DNA from: an uncultured Gammaproteobacteria bacterium | Lineage (GTDB): Bacteria; Pseudomonadota; Gammaproteobacteria; Xanthomonadales; Xanthomonadaceae | Reading direction: 5' to 3' | DNA length: 64,000 bases | Assembly (NCBI GenBank): GCA_964640525.1 | Contig: CAZXGS010000008.1 | Coordinates: forward strand, 7,174-71,173 | Part shown: positions 27,031 to 38,240 of the stretch, in pieces | Position numbering within the stretch: the stretch's first letter is position 1 | How the letters are laid out: the number at the start of each line of letters is the position of its first letter | The notes under the pieces: generated by a model | Database searches by the model: none | What the model was told of the DNA's origin: nothing | Seen by the model: the letters and a program-made list of their open reading frames with translations, nothing else | Made by a program: the position numbers and the translations under genes

Positions 27031-29790
27031 ATGGCACGACTCTTTCGTTGGATCCGCCGCGCGTTCTACGCCGGCCTGCTCCTGCTTGCGCTTGGCGTGG
27101 CAGCCCTGGGCATCGGCTATTGGCTGGTGGTGCCGCGCCTGCCGGACGTGGACAGCCTGCGCCACGTCGAGATGCAGTTGCCGCTGAATGTGTATTCGCG
27201 CGAAGGCCGACTGATCGCGCAGTTCGGCGAGACGCGGCGCTACCCGGTGCACATCAAGGACGTGCCGCTGCGGGTGCGCGACGCCTTCCTGGCCACCGAG
27301 GACGCGCACTTCTACCAGCACCCCGGCGTGGACTGGCGCGGCGTGGCGCGTGCGGTGTGGCTGATCGCCACCACCCACGAGCACCGCGTGCCCGGCGGCA
27401 GCACGATCACCCAGCAGGTGGCCCGGCAGTTCTTCCTGAGCAACGAGTACAGCTACACCCGCAAGGCCACGGAAATCCTGCTGGCGTTGAAGATCGAGCG
27501 CGAGCTGAGCAAGGACGAGATCTTCGAGCTCTACCTCAACAAGTGCTTCTTCGGCAACCGCGCCTACGGCGTGGCGGCAGCCGCGGATTTCTACTACGGC
27601 AAGACGCTCGACCAGCTCAGCCTGGACGAGGCCGCCTCGCTGGCGGCGATCCCCAAGTTCCCCTCCAGCGGCAACCCGCTGTCCAACCCCGAACGCGCGC
27701 TGGAACGCCGCAACTGGGTGCTCGACCGCATGGCCGAGAACAATTTCATCACCCCCGCGCAACGCGATGCCGCCAAGGCGCTGCCGCCGCATGCCGCGCC
27801 GCACGAACCGCAGGTGGAGGTCGATGCGCCGTACGTGGCCGAGATGGTCCGCCAGGCCATGATCGACCGCTACGGCAGCGACGCCCTCAACCGCGGCTAC
27901 AAGGTCTACACCACCATCGATGGCGTGAAACAGGCCGCGGCCAACCTGGCGGTGCGCAACGACCTGCTGGTTTACGACCGCCGTCACGGCTACCGCGGCC
28001 CCGAGGCCAAACTGGACCTCAACGCCGAGACCGACCGCGCTGCCCTGCTGGGCAAGCTGCAGGCGCGCGGAACCATCGGCGGCTTGCTGCCGGGGGTGGT
28101 GACGCAGGCCGGTCCGCGCGATGCGCAGGTGCTGCTGGCCGACGGCAACCAGGTCACCCTCGGCATGGACGACGTGCACTGGGCGCTGGCCGGCAAGTCG
28201 CGCATCGACCAGTTGCTCGCGCGCGGCGATGTCATCCGGCTGCTGCCGATCACCCAGGCCGACAAGGACAACCAGGCGCGGGTGGATGCGCTCAACAAGA
28301 TCCGCGGACAGGTCGATGCCGACAAACTGGCGCCGCCGCCGCCCAACCTGGATCCGACCGCGAACCGGGTGGTCAGCTACCAGCTCGACGAAATTCCCAA
28401 AGCGCAGTCCGCGCTGGTTTCGCTGAACCCGGAAGACGGTGCGCTGCAGGCGCTGGTGGGGGGGTTCTCGTTCGCGCAGACCAAGTTCAACCGCGCCACC
28501 CAGTCGCTGCGCCAGCCCGGCTCGAGCTTCAAGCCATTCATTTACGCCGCGGCGATGGAGCGCGGCTTCTCGCCGGCCTCGATCGTGCTCGACGCGCCGG
28601 TGGTGTTCAACGACCACAGCGCGGGCAAGGTGTGGCGGCCGCAGAACGACGACGGCAAGTTCCTCGGCCCCATGCGCCTGCGCAAGGCGCTGGCGCTCTC
28701 GCGCAACCTCGTCTCGGTACGCCTGCTGGATGCGGTCGGGGTGGATTTCGCGCGCAAGTACATCCAGAACTTCGGTTTCACCGAGCAAAGCTTGCCCAAC
28801 AACCTGACCATGGCGCTTGGCACCGCCTCGGTGCCGCCGATGTGGATGGCGCGCGGCTACTCGGTGTTCGCCAATGGCGGCTTCAAGGTCGAGCCCTACT
28901 TCATCGACCGGGTGGTGGACCGCAACGGGGTCACCATCGCCCGCGCGCACCCGGCACGCGCCTGCAAGGGCTGCGTGGAGCGCTCGCAGCAGGACCAGGC
29001 GGTTTCGAGCGTGGTGGATGGCTTCGATCTGGCCCCGGTCGCCGGTGCCGCGCCGGCCGCATCAGGCACCGACGGGGACGCGTCCAGCGAGGCTGCCGAC
29101 GGCGGTTTCGATCTCGACGCCCAGGCTCCGGCGGCCAGCCCCGCAGCCGGCGGCAAGCCGGTCGCGCAAGCCGCGGCGTCGGCTGCCTCGCAAGCCGCCT
29201 CGACCGCCACCGATGCGGCATCGGCGCCGCAGGAAGCGACAGCACCGCCGATCCCGCCGATCGATCCGGATTTCGTCGGTCCGCCGGCGACCTTCCCGGC
29301 GCGGCGCGCGATCGACGAGCGCACCGCGTTCCTGGTCAAGTCGATGATGCAATCGGTGATCCTGCACGGCACCGGCACCGCGGCGCTGGTGCTGCACCGC
29401 GCCGACCTCGGCGGCAAGACCGGCACCACCAACGACATGCACGACGCATGGTTTTCCGGCTACGGCGGGCACTTGGTGACGACCGTGTGGGTGGGCATGG
29501 ACGACTACTCCACCCTCGGCCACGGCGAGTTCGGCGCGCGCGCCGCGCTGCCGATCTGGATCGACTACATGCGCACCGCGCTGGCCTACCAGCCGGAGAA
29601 CCCGGTCGTGCCGCCACCGGGCATCGTCACCGTGCAGATCGACGGCGGCGGCCACATCCTCCCGGCCGGCTCCACCGGAGGGATGACCGAATACTTCAAG
29701 GCCGAGGAGTTGGCCCGGTTCCAGAACGAGCTCCCCGGGCCGGCCGACTCCAGCGGCAGCACCAGCGAGGAAGCTTTTGATATCTTCTGA
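27031..29790 (+). CDS. mrcA: penicillin-binding protein 1A (bifunctional glycosyltransferase/transpeptidase)
   Basis: 919 aa. GT51 motifs (ATEDAHFYQHPGVD, GGSTITQQ, RKATE) and transpeptidase motifs (SSFKP, KTGTTN). Divergent from pilM, as in many proteobacteria. Confidence 0.95.
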   Translation: MARLFRWIRRAFYAGLLLLALGVAALGIGYWLVVPRLPDVDSLRHVEMQLPLNVYSREGRLIAQFGETRRYPVHIKDVPLRVRDAFLATEDAHFYQHPGVDWRGVARAVWLIATTHEHRVPGGSTITQQVARQFFLSNEYSYTRKATEILLALKIERELSKDEIFELYLNKCFFGNRAYGVAAAADFYYGKTLDQLSLDEAASLAAIPKFPSSGNPLSNPERALERRNWVLDRMAENNFITPAQRDAAKALPPHAAPHEPQVEVDAPYVAEMVRQAMIDRYGSDALNRGYKVYTTIDGVKQAAANLAVRNDLLVYDRRHGYRGPEAKLDLNAETDRAALLGKLQARGTIGGLLPGVVTQAGPRDAQVLLADGNQVTLGMDDVHWALAGKSRIDQLLARGDVIRLLPITQADKDNQARVDALNKIRGQVDADKLAPPPPNLDPTANRVVSYQLDEIPKAQSALVSLNPEDGALQALVGGFSFAQTKFNRATQSLRQPGSSFKPFIYAAAMERGFSPASIVLDAPVVFNDHSAGKVWRPQNDDGKFLGPMRLRKALALSRNLVSVRLLDAVGVDFARKYIQNFGFTEQSLPNNLTMALGTASVPPMWMARGYSVFANGGFKVEPYFIDRVVDRNGVTIARAHPARACKGCVERSQQDQAVSSVVDGFDLAPVAGAAPAASGTDGDASSEAADGGFDLDAQAPAASPAAGGKPVAQAAASAASQAASTATDAASAPQEATAPPIPPIDPDFVGPPATFPARRAIDERTAFLVKSMMQSVILHGTGTAALVLHRADLGGKTGTTNDMHDAWFSGYGGHLVTTVWVGMDDYSTLGHGEFGARAALPIWIDYMRTALAYQPENPVVPPPGIVTVQIDGGGHILPAGSTGGMTEYFKAEELARFQNELPGPADSSGSTSEEAFDIF

Positions 29791-29853
29791 GGGTCGGCCT
29801 TGGCCGGCCCGGTCCGACGCCGGTCGGAGCGGCCGCGCATCCGCAGGTCTCCC

Positions 29854-30501
29854 ATGCGCCACGCCCCCGACTCGAGCCGGCACGCCCACGCGATCGCGCA
29901 CACCCAAGCCCGCACCCGCGAACGGCGCCAGCGACTGGCCATCGAGGCGGCGCGGCTGATCAGCGAGGGCGGCATCCGCGACTTCCACCTCGCCAAGCGC
30001 AAGGCGGCGCAGCGGCTGGGCATCCACGACGACGCCAGCCTGCCGCGCAACAGCGAGATCCAGGCCGCCCTGCACGACTACCAGCGGCTGTTCCACGGCG
30101 ATGCGCATGCCGGACTGCTGCGCGAACGACGCCAGGCCGCGGCGCGCGCGCTGGCGTTTTTCGCCGCGTTCGAGCCGCGCCTGGTCGGCGCCGTGCTCGA
30201 CGGCAGCGCCGACGCCCACTCGGCCGTTTGCCTGCACCTGCATACCGACGAACCCGACCGGGTCGCGGTGTTCCTTGCCGAGCAGGGCATCCCCGCACAG
30301 GACTCACACCGCCGCGTACGGCTGGATCGCGAGCGCGCCATCGAGGTTCCGGTGTGGCTGTTCACCGCCGAGGATCTGCCCTTCGACCTCAGCGTGCTGC
30401 CGCGCAGCGTGCTGCGCCAGGCGCCACTGGACCGATTCGACGACAAGCCGATGCCGCGCGCCTCGCTGGCCGCGCTGGAAGCCCTGCTCGGGGATGGCTG
30501 A
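29854..30501 (+). CDS. conserved hypothetical protein
   Basis: Track ORF 29800..30501 (TTG start); first ATG at 29854. Coding-like composition. No confident family assignment. Confidence 0.5.
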   Translation: MRHAPDSSRHAHAIAHTQARTRERRQRLAIEAARLISEGGIRDFHLAKRKAAQRLGIHDDASLPRNSEIQAALHDYQRLFHGDAHAGLLRERRQAAARALAFFAAFEPRLVGAVLDGSADAHSAVCLHLHTDEPDRVAVFLAEQGIPAQDSHRRVRLDRERAIEVPVWLFTAEDLPFDLSVLPRSVLRQAPLDRFDDKPMPRASLAALEALLGDG

Positions 30502-30554
30502 CGCTGGAAGCGGGCGCCGGCGTTCTGCGCCCGGCCCGGACGCCTGCGCGCCGT

Positions 30555-31850
30555 TCAGCGCGCCTGGATCGGGGTGAACTCGCGCGCGGTGGCGCCGACA
30601 TAGACCTGTCGCGGACGCCCGATCCTGGAATCGGCTTCCGCGCTCTGCTCCAGCCAGTGGGAAACCCATCCGGCGGTACGTGCGATGGCGAACATCACCG
30701 TGAACATCTCGGTCGGGATGCCCAGCGCCTTGTAGATGATGCCCGAATAGAAGTCCACGTTCGGGTACAGCTTGCGGGAGACGAAATACTCGTCCTTCAG
30801 CGCCGCCTCCTCCAGCTTCAGCGCGATCTCCAGCATGGGGTCGTTGACCCCCAGTTCGGCCAGCACCTTGTGGGTCATCTCGCGGATGATGGTCGCGCGC
30901 GGGTCGAAGTTCTTGTACACGCGGTGACCAAAGCCCATCAGGCGGAAGCCGGAGTGCTTGTCCTTGGCCCGATCGACCGCCTTGCCGACGTGCTCGGGCT
31001 TGCCGATCTCGGCCAGCATGCGCAGCACCGCCTCGTTGGCACCACCGTGCGCCGGCCCCCACAGCGCGGCCACGCCGGCCGCCACGCAGGCGTACGGATT
31101 GGCGCCGGTGGAACCGACCAGCCGCACGGTCGACGTGGAGGCGTTCTGCTCGTGGTCGGCGTGCAGGATGAACAGCAGATCCAGCGCCTTGGCCACCACC
31201 GGGTTCAGGCGCAGCGGCTCGCTGGGCACCTCGAACATCATGTGCAGGAACCGATCAACGTATTCCAGGTTGTTGCGCGGGTAGCGCAGCGGCCAGCCGA
31301 TCGAATAGCGATAGCACGCGGCGGCGATGGTCGGCACCTTGGCGATCAGGCGGATCGCCGCGAGCCGGCGCATTTCCGGATCGTCCAGGTCCAGGCCGTG
31401 GTGGTAGAACGCCGCCAGCGAGCCGATCATGCCGGTCAGCATCGCCATCGGGTGGGCGTCGTGGCGGAAACCGAACAGGAAGGTCCGGAACGCCTCGTGC
31501 ATCATGGTGTGATGCGCCACCTCGTGGTCGAAGGCGGCGAACTGCTGCGCGTTCGGCAACTCGCCGTGCATCAGCAGGTAGGCCACTTCCAGGAAATTGG
31601 AGTGCTTGGCGAGCTGCTCGATCGGGTAGCCGCGGTACATCAACACCCCGGCATCGCCGTCGATGTAGGTGATCGCCGACTTGCAACTGGCGGTGGCGAT
31701 GAAGCCCTGGTCGTAGGTGAAATGGCCGGTGGCGCCGGGGAGCTTGCCGATGTCGATGCAGGACGGGCCGACCGTGCCGTGGATCAGCGGCAATTCGACG
31801 GACTTGCCGGAGGTGGCATCGTTCAGGACAACGCTCTGGGGCTCGGACAC
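30555..31850 (-). CDS. gltA: citrate synthase (type II)
   Basis: 431 aa. GTG start preceded by AAGGAG. Motifs GPAHGGANE and [15 protein letters not shown]. Confidence 0.95.
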   Translation of the reverse strand: MSEPQSVVLNDATSGKSVELPLIHGTVGPSCIDIGKLPGATGHFTYDQGFIATASCKSAITYIDGDAGVLMYRGYPIEQLAKHSNFLEVAYLLMHGELPNAQQFAAFDHEVAHHTMMHEAFRTFLFGFRHDAHPMAMLTGMIGSLAAFYHHGLDLDDPEMRRLAAIRLIAKVPTIAAACYRYSIGWPLRYPRNNLEYVDRFLHMMFEVPSEPLRLNPVVAKALDLLFILHADHEQNASTSTVRLVGSTGANPYACVAAGVAALWGPAHGGANEAVLRMLAEIGKPEHVGKAVDRAKDKHSGFRLMGFGHRVYKNFDPRATIIREMTHKVLAELGVNDPMLEIALKLEEAALKDEYFVSRKLYPNVDFYSGIIYKALGIPTEMFTVMFAIARTAGWVSHWLEQSAEADSRIGRPRQVYVGATAREFTPIQAR

Positions 31851-32055
31851 GGGCTGCTCCTTGGCTTGTATTCGGACACGCCGGGGGATCGCCGGAGTCG
31901 TCCCGCAAGGTGCAGGGCGCCGGCAGACCGGGTGGAAACGAGGATTATCCCACAGCCGTTGCGGATTCTTGCGCGCGCCGGGGAAATCCGCGCACGCCCA
32001 CGCAACGGTGGCGCACCGTGGCGCGCGGGCAAGGCCGGCGCCAGGCGATAGCGGC

Positions 32056-32298
32056 TTACTTCTGGTAGCGCTTGCGGAAGCGATCGACGCGACCGCTGGT
32101 GTCCATCATCTTCTGCTTGCCGGTGTAGAACGGGTGCGAATGCGAGGACACGTCGATCTTGATCAACGGATACGCCTGCCCGTCCTCCCACGTGATCGTC
32201 TCCTTGCTGGCCAGGGTGGAGCGGGTCAGGAAGGAGAAATCGGTGGTCACGTCCTGAAACACGACCGGGCGGTAATTCGGATGGATGTCGGCTTTCAT
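32056..32298 (-). CDS. rpmE2: 50S ribosomal protein L31, type B (no CxxC zinc motif)
   Basis: Track ORF 32056..32649 trimmed to ATG 32298: [16 protein letters not shown]...HPFYTGKQK, 80 aa. Confidence 0.9.
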   Translation of the reverse strand: MKADIHPNYRPVVFQDVTTDFSFLTRSTLASKETITWEDGQAYPLIKIDVSSHSHPFYTGKQKMMDTSGRVDRFRKRYQK

Positions 32299-32620
32299 GG
32301 GACGCGCCTTTTGCGGATGGGGTCTTGCGGGAAAAGACCGCCATTTTAGCCAGATGGCGGCGCGTGCCGCAAGTTGCATCAGCCGCGGAGGCCCGGCGAA
32401 GGACCTCCAGCCGGCCCGACGCGTGACCCGCAGCCGGCCTCCGCAGGGAGCCCTGTGCCGCGATTGGGCGGCTGGAGTTGGTCTCGCGGCGCCCGGCGCA
32501 GCAGGCGCGGGGGCGCCGTTCGCGCCATGTGGCAAGGGCAACCTGCCCAACCCCGCGCGTTGCACGAGGGCATGGTTCCGCGCCTGCGGGAGCAGGCAAG
32601 GATTCATCTGGAAAGCGTCT

Positions 32621-34786
32621 TCACGCCCCCGCGTAGCGTTCGGCGGCACCGACCCAGCGCGCGATCAGGCGCTGCGCGCGCTGGGGGTCGGTGGCCAGCA
32701 GGCCGGCCGCCATCTTCTGCACGCCGGGCAACAAGGCGGCGTCGCGCAGCAGGTCCGCGACGCGAAACTGCGCCAGGCCTGCCTGGCGGGTGCCGAGCAG
32801 TTCTCCGGGGCCGCGCAGTTCCAGGTCCTTGTTGGCGATCCTGAAGCCATCGGTGGTGGCGCGCATGACCTCGATCCGCTGCCTGGCCAATGCCGACAAC
32901 GGGGGCTGGTAGATCAGCACGCAGGTCGATACCGCGGCGCCGCGCCCGACCCGGCCACGCAACTGGTGCAACTGCGCCAGCCCGAGGCGTTCGGCATTCT
33001 CGATCAACATCAGGCTCGCCCGCGGCACGTCCACGCCTACCTCGATCACCGTGGTGGCCACCAGCACATCCAGCGCCGCATCCTTGAAGGCGCGCATGGC
33101 CGCCTGCTTCTCGGCCGGCTTCATCCGGCCATGCACGAAGCCCACGCGCAGTTCCGGCAAGGCCTCGACCAGCTTGCGGTAGAGCGCCGTGGCGGCCTGC
33201 GCCGGTGGCAGCGGATTGCCCGGCGTTGCGGCTGGCCCGGCCGCCGCAGGATCACCCCCTTCCTCGTCGATCAGCGTGCACACCCAGTAGGCCTGACGGC
33301 CCTCCGCGCAGGCCACGCGCACGCGTTCGATCAACTCGTCACGACGCTGCGCGCCGGCCGCCACGGTCTGCACCGGGGTACGGCCCGGAGGCAGTTCGTC
33401 GAGCACCGAGACATCCAGGTCGGCGTACGCCGTCATTGCCAGCGTGCGCGGGATCGGCGTGGCGGTCATCACCAACTGGTGCGGCACCCTCGCGCCGTCC
33501 AGGCCCTTGTCGCGCAGCGCAAGACGCTGGTGGACACCGAAGCGATGCTGCTCATCGATGATCGCCAGGCCAAGGTCGGCGAAGACGACGCCTTCCTGCA
33601 TCAACGCGTGGGTTCCCACCACGATGCTGGACCTGCCCGCGGCGATGTTCGCCAGGGCCAGGCGCCGCGCACGCGCGCCGAGCTTTCCGCCCAGCCACGC
33701 CAGATCCACCCCCAGCGGCTGAAACCATGCGCTGAAGGTCGCAAGATGCTGCTCGGCCAGCAATTCGGTCGGCGCCATCAGTGCAACCTGGCGGCCGGCG
33801 GCGACCGCGCGCGCTGCGGCCAGCGCCGCCACCGCGGTCTTGCCGGCCCCGACATCGCCCTGCAGCAGGCGCAGCATCGGCTCGGCACGCGCCATGTCCG
33901 CGCCGATCTCCCCCAGCACCCGCAGCTGCGCCCCGGTGAGCGCAAAACCCAGCAGTTCGCGCAGGCGGGCGGCGAGCCGGTCATCCGCGGGGATCGGCTG
34001 CGCACCGAGCTGGCGGATCGCCATGCGCTTGCGGCGCAGGCTCAATTGATAAGCCAGCAACTCCTCCAGCGCCAGCCGCTGCTGCGCCGGGTGCAGGCCA
34101 GCGGCAAGCTGCGCGGTGTCCACGCCGCCAGCCGGCTGATGCACGGTCAGCAACGCCTCGCGCAGGCCAGGCAAGCGATGCGCGGACAACAGATCCGGCG
34201 ACAGCAACTCCATCTCGGCGGCTGCTGGCAGGCGTTGCAGCGCCAGCCCGACAAGTCGCCGCAAGGTGCCCGGCATGACGCCCGGGACCATCGGATAAAC
34301 CGGATCGAGCCGTTCGCTGAGCACCGCCGGTTCGGCATCGGCGAGCCACTGGTAACGAGGATGGGCGATTTCGAGCCCCGCCCGCGCTTCGCGTGGCGTA
34401 CCGAAGGCGCGGATGCGGCGGCCGACGGTGAACTGCGCCGCCTGCGAGGCGGTGAAGTGGAAAAACCGCAACACCAGGCTCGCGCCGCTGGCATCGCCAA
34501 TGGCCACCTGCAACATCGGCCGAAAGCGGAAACTGCGCTCGACGGCCTCCACCCGCCCCTCGACCTGTGCCGGGATACCGGGCTGCAGCGCGCGGATCGC
34601 GCTCAGGCGGGTGCGGTCCTCGTAGCGCAACGGCAGGTGGAACCAAAGGTCCTGGACGCGCTGCAGGCCCTGCGCGGCGAGCTTGGCAGCCACGCCCGCA
34701 CCGACCCCGGGCAACGCGGCCAGCAGGGTCTCCCCGCTGGCCGCCAGCGCCGGCGCGGCGACTTTGGGTCGTGGCGCGCGGCCCAC
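32621..34786 (-). CDS. recG: ATP-dependent DNA helicase RecG
   Basis: 721 aa with a GTG start. Wedge domain, then helicase motifs [23 protein letters not shown] and QLRGRVGRG. Confidence 0.93.
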   Translation of the reverse strand: MGRAPRPKVAAPALAASGETLLAALPGVGAGVAAKLAAQGLQRVQDLWFHLPLRYEDRTRLSAIRALQPGIPAQVEGRVEAVERSFRFRPMLQVAIGDASGASLVLRFFHFTASQAAQFTVGRRIRAFGTPREARAGLEIAHPRYQWLADAEPAVLSERLDPVYPMVPGVMPGTLRRLVGLALQRLPAAAEMELLSPDLLSAHRLPGLREALLTVHQPAGGVDTAQLAAGLHPAQQRLALEELLAYQLSLRRKRMAIRQLGAQPIPADDRLAARLRELLGFALTGAQLRVLGEIGADMARAEPMLRLLQGDVGAGKTAVAALAAARAVAAGRQVALMAPTELLAEQHLATFSAWFQPLGVDLAWLGGKLGARARRLALANIAAGRSSIVVGTHALMQEGVVFADLGLAIIDEQHRFGVHQRLALRDKGLDGARVPHQLVMTATPIPRTLAMTAYADLDVSVLDELPPGRTPVQTVAAGAQRRDELIERVRVACAEGRQAYWVCTLIDEEGGDPAAAGPAATPGNPLPPAQAATALYRKLVEALPELRVGFVHGRMKPAEKQAAMRAFKDAALDVLVATTVIEVGVDVPRASLMLIENAERLGLAQLHQLRGRVGRGAAVSTCVLIYQPPLSALARQRIEVMRATTDGFRIANKDLELRGPGELLGTRQAGLAQFRVADLLRDAALLPGVQKMAAGLLATDPQRAQRLIARWVGAAERYAGA

Positions 34787-34793
34787 GCGCGGT

Positions 34794-35177
34794 TCAGTCC
34801 AGTTGCAATACCAGATCGATCTCGACCCTGGCCCCCTTCGGAAGCGCGGCCACGCCGATGGTCGAGCGGGCCGGGAACGGGGCGCTGAAGTTCTGCGCCA
34901 TCACCGCGTTGACCGCGGCGAAGTCCTTCAGGTCGACGAGGTAGATGCCGACCCGGACGACGTGCAGGAAATTGGTGCCCGCGGCATCACAGACTGCGCG
35001 CAGGTTCTTGAACACCTGCCGCGCCTGCGCGGTGATGTCGCCATCGATCAACTCGCCGGTGGCCGGGTTCAGCGGAATCTGGCCGGAGGTGTAGATCGTC
35101 TTGCCGGACACCACGGCCTGGCTGTACGGGCCGATCGCGGCGGGGGCGGCATCGCTGGTGATGGGGTGACGGGGCAT
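34794..35177 (-). CDS. ridA: RidA/YjgF-family reactive-intermediate deaminase
   Basis: Track ORF 34794..35405 trimmed to ATG 35177. AAIGPYSQAV...GQIPL...ARSTIGVAALPKGARVEI; 127 aa. Confidence 0.9.
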   Translation of the reverse strand: MPRHPITSDAAPAAIGPYSQAVVSGKTIYTSGQIPLNPATGELIDGDITAQARQVFKNLRAVCDAAGTNFLHVVRVGIYLVDLKDFAAVNAVMAQNFSAPFPARSTIGVAALPKGARVEIDLVLQLD

Positions 35178-35334
35178 GGCGTTCTCGTGTTCACGGTCGA
35201 GGCATGAGTTTATCCCGGCTTGCCGGATCACCGCCGCTCCCGGCGCGCCATCACCGCGCGAGCCAGGTGCGCCCTTGCATGACGAACGCCGCGCATCCCG
35301 TCTCGACTGCCATTTCACAGGGCGCCAGCACTGC

Positions 35335-35361
35335 TGGATCCCGGCTTCCGCCGGGATGACG
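35335..35361. repeat. REP-like hairpin, family C (tggatcccggcttccgccgggatgacg)
   Basis: Same family as the two hairpins at 48123-48149 and 48181-48207. Confidence 0.6.
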
Positions 35362-35433
35362 GATGGGACGTTCGGCGCCATTCGGGGTTGGCCGCGGGGC
35401 CACACGCATGGGCCGCAGCGCGGCGCGAATCGA

Positions 35434-37584
35434 TCAAACCCTCTGCGCGTCCTGCACCACCGTCAGCCTGCGGATCCGCGAGATCACCTCGGCCAGGTGG
35501 CGCGCCGACTTGACCTCGATCACGAAGTGCATCACCGAGGCGCTGATGTCGCGTTCCTGGTACTCGACGCTCTCGATGTTGGACTTCGCCTCGGCCACTG
35601 CGGCGGCCACCTGCGCCAGCACGCCGGGCTTGTTGACCACCTCGATGCGCAGCTCCGCCAGGTAGTCGCCCTCGACATTGCGATCCCAACTGATGGCAAG
35701 GCATCGGTCGGGCAACTTGCGGTATTCCGGGACGTTGGGGCACTCCAGCCGGTGCACCACCACGCCTTTGCCGGCGCTCAGATAGCCCATGATCGGATCC
35801 CCCGGGATCGGCCGGCAGCAGGCGGCGAAGCTCAGGATCCCGCGCTCGGCGCCGGAGATCTGGATGTCGTCCGCGCTGGCCGGCCGCGCGTTCTCGTGCG
35901 CCGCCCGCCGTGCCAGCACGTGCGCGACTTGCGAGGGCATGCGGTTGCCCATGGCGATGTCCGACAACAGCTCCTCCAGGCGCTTGTAGCGGTTGTCGGC
36001 CAGGTACTTGTCCAGGCCCGCCTGCGGCACGGCGTCGAGCGAGGTGCCCTGGGCTTCGAGCGCGCGTTCCAGGATGCGATGGCCCAGATCCACCGCATCC
36101 TCGTGCTCGAGGTGCTTGAGGTGGTGGCGGATCGCGGTGCGCGCCTTGCTGGACACCACGAAATCCAGCCAGTTGGTGCGCGGGCTGGCCGACTTGGCGG
36201 TGATCACCTCCACCCGCTGCCCGCTGGCCAGCTTGGTGCGCAGCGGTACCAGCTTCTTGTCCACTCGCGCCGCCACCGCGTGGTTGCCCACGTCGGTGTG
36301 CACCGCGTAGGCGAAGTCCAGGGCGGTCGAATTGCGCGGCAAGGACATGATCGCGCCCTTTGGCGTGAACAGGTACACCTCGTCGGGGAACAGATCCACC
36401 TTGACGTGCTCCAGGAACTCCAGCGAGGAGCTTGCGTACTGCTGCGACTCCAGCAGGCCACGCAACCAGTCGTGCGCGCGGGTCTGCGCGCTGCTCGGGC
36501 TGCCGCCGTGCTTGTACACCCAGTGCGCGGCAATCCCGCGCTCGGCGATCAGGTCCATGTCCTCGGTGCGGATCTGCACCTCCAGCGGCGAACCGTGCGG
36601 CCCGAACAGGACCGTATGCAGCGACTGGTAACCGTTCACCTTGGGAATGGCGATGAAATCGCGAAAGCGCCCGTCGAGCGGCTTGTACAGCCCGTGCACC
36701 GCGCCCAGCGCCTGATAGCACTGGCTCACCGTCTGCACCACCACGCGAAAGCCGAACACGTCCATCACCTGCGCGAACGATTTGCTCTCGCTGCGCATCT
36801 TGTTGTAGATGCTGTAGGGCGTCTTGACACGGCCGACCAGGCGGAATGGCAATCCCTCGCCCGCCAGGCGCTCGGCCAGGCGCATCTCGATCGCGCCCAT
36901 CGCCTCGCGCCGCGCCAGCGGCTGGCTGCGGATGCGGCGCGCGATGGTGGCGTGGCGATGCGGATACAGGGTGCGAAAACCCAGATCCTGCAATTCGCTG
37001 CGGATGCGGTTCATGCCCAGGCGCTGGGCGATCGGCGCGTAGATGTCCAGCGTCTCGCGGGCGATGCGCTTCTGGCTGGCCGATACCATCGCTTCGAGCG
37101 TGCGCATGTTGTGCAAACGGTCGGCGAGCTTGATCAGGATCACCCGCAGGTCGCGCGACATCGCCAGCAGCATCTTGCGGAAACTCTCCGCATCGGCCTC
37201 CTGGCGATCACGGAACTTGAGTCGATCGAGCTTGGTGACCCCCTCCACCAGTTCGGCCACGGCCTCGCCGAAACCTTCGGCGAGCACGTCCCGCTGCAGC
37301 GGGGTGTCCTCCAGCGCGTCATGCAGGATGGCCGCGCACAACGCCTCCACGTCCATGCGCAGGTCGGCGAGGATCGAGGCTACGGCGACGGGGTGGGTGA
37401 TGTAGGGCTCGCCGCTGCGACGGGTCTGCCCGGCATGCGCCGATGCACCCAGCAAATAGGCGCGGCGGACGGTCGCGACCTGGTCGGGCGGCAGGTAATC
37501 ACGCAACTTCGCTTCCAGCGCAGCCACGTCATCGGGCACCGTGACCGGCCCGTCCGACGTGAATTGCGTGCGTTGCTCGTCCAT
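35434..37584 (-). CDS. spoT: bifunctional (p)ppGpp synthetase / guanosine-3',5'-bis(diphosphate) 3'-pyrophosphohydrolase
   Basis: Track ORF 35434..37638 trimmed to ATG 37584. HD motif (ILHDALEDT), synthetase region (NGYQSLHT), and TGS and ACT tails. Confidence 0.93.
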   Translation of the reverse strand: MDEQRTQFTSDGPVTVPDDVAALEAKLRDYLPPDQVATVRRAYLLGASAHAGQTRRSGEPYITHPVAVASILADLRMDVEALCAAILHDALEDTPLQRDVLAEGFGEAVAELVEGVTKLDRLKFRDRQEADAESFRKMLLAMSRDLRVILIKLADRLHNMRTLEAMVSASQKRIARETLDIYAPIAQRLGMNRIRSELQDLGFRTLYPHRHATIARRIRSQPLARREAMGAIEMRLAERLAGEGLPFRLVGRVKTPYSIYNKMRSESKSFAQVMDVFGFRVVVQTVSQCYQALGAVHGLYKPLDGRFRDFIAIPKVNGYQSLHTVLFGPHGSPLEVQIRTEDMDLIAERGIAAHWVYKHGGSPSSAQTRAHDWLRGLLESQQYASSSLEFLEHVKVDLFPDEVYLFTPKGAIMSLPRNSTALDFAYAVHTDVGNHAVAARVDKKLVPLRTKLASGQRVEVITAKSASPRTNWLDFVVSSKARTAIRHHLKHLEHEDAVDLGHRILERALEAQGTSLDAVPQAGLDKYLADNRYKRLEELLSDIAMGNRMPSQVAHVLARRAAHENARPASADDIQISGAERGILSFAACCRPIPGDPIMGYLSAGKGVVVHRLECPNVPEYRKLPDRCLAISWDRNVEGDYLAELRIEVVNKPGVLAQVAAAVAEAKSNIESVEYQERDISASVMHFVIEVKSARHLAEVISRIRRLTVVQDAQRV

Positions 37585-37724
37585 GACCCGAGCGTAACCG
37601 GGCCGACCGGGCGCGGCAATGCGTCCGATTGCCTGCACCGCGGAGGTTGCCCTCGCGTCAAGGCGACGGGGCGATCACGCAGGCGTCATCGAGGGATGCC
37701 GCCTGGCGCGGTAAACCGGGACGA

Positions 37725-38024
37725 TCAGTCGTCGCCGCCCTTGGACATGTCGTCGTCGACGACTTCCGCCGCAGCCCACTCCAGCGCCTCGCGCTCGCGG
37801 CGTTCCCGCTCGCTGCGATCGACCTGATCGATCGTGGCCTGGTCGATGCGGCGCGCGGCGATCTCGCGCAACGCCAGCACGGTCGGCTTGTCGCCGTGCT
37901 CGGTGCCGTCGAGCACCGAAGGCACCCCGCGCGCCAGCTGGCGGGCGCGCTTGGACGCCATCACCACCAGTTCGAAACGGTTGTCCACCACTTCCAGGCA
38001 ATCTTCGACGGTCACGCGGGCCAT
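37725..38024 (-). CDS. rpoZ: DNA-directed RNA polymerase subunit omega
   Basis: [30 protein letters not shown]; 99 aa, immediately upstream of spoT. Confidence 0.95.
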   Translation of the reverse strand: MARVTVEDCLEVVDNRFELVVMASKRARQLARGVPSVLDGTEHGDKPTVLALREIAARRIDQATIDQVDRSERERREREALEWAAAEVVDDDMSKGGDD

Positions 38025-38186
38025 GCTTGCTCCAGATCAGATACCGGACAGATGCCCGGGTTCGCGAGTGAACTGTGCATTTTAGGGGTCGGCACGACGC
38101 ACCGCAACCTCAGCATCACGCAACCGCGCCATTCGACACCTGTCGACAACAGACGCGCCAGGCCATCCGAGCCACGCAGGACACCT

Positions 38187-38218
38187 AAAAAGCAAGCCCG
38201 GCGCGAGGCCGGGCTTGC
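38187..38218 (-). terminator. rho-independent terminator downstream of the OmpA-family gene
   Basis: Perfect 11-bp stem gcaagcccggc/gccgggcttgc, 5-nt loop, then TTTTT on the minus strand, 23 nt after the stop. Confidence 0.85.
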
Positions 38219-38240
38219 ATGCACTGCATGACGCGCTGGA

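Noticed and set aside
30511-30533. Possible bidirectional terminator between the hypothetical gene and gltA
   Set aside because: Only a 7-bp stem (cgggcgc/gcgcccg) with a 9-nt loop and no T-tract on either strand. Too weak to annotate.
32299-32620. Looked for a Zur-type operator upstream of the type-B L31 gene
   Set aside because: I found no AT-rich palindrome resembling a Zur or Fur box in the 320-bp region. Also, in this lineage the type-B-like L31 may be the only L31 copy. No regulatory claim is made.
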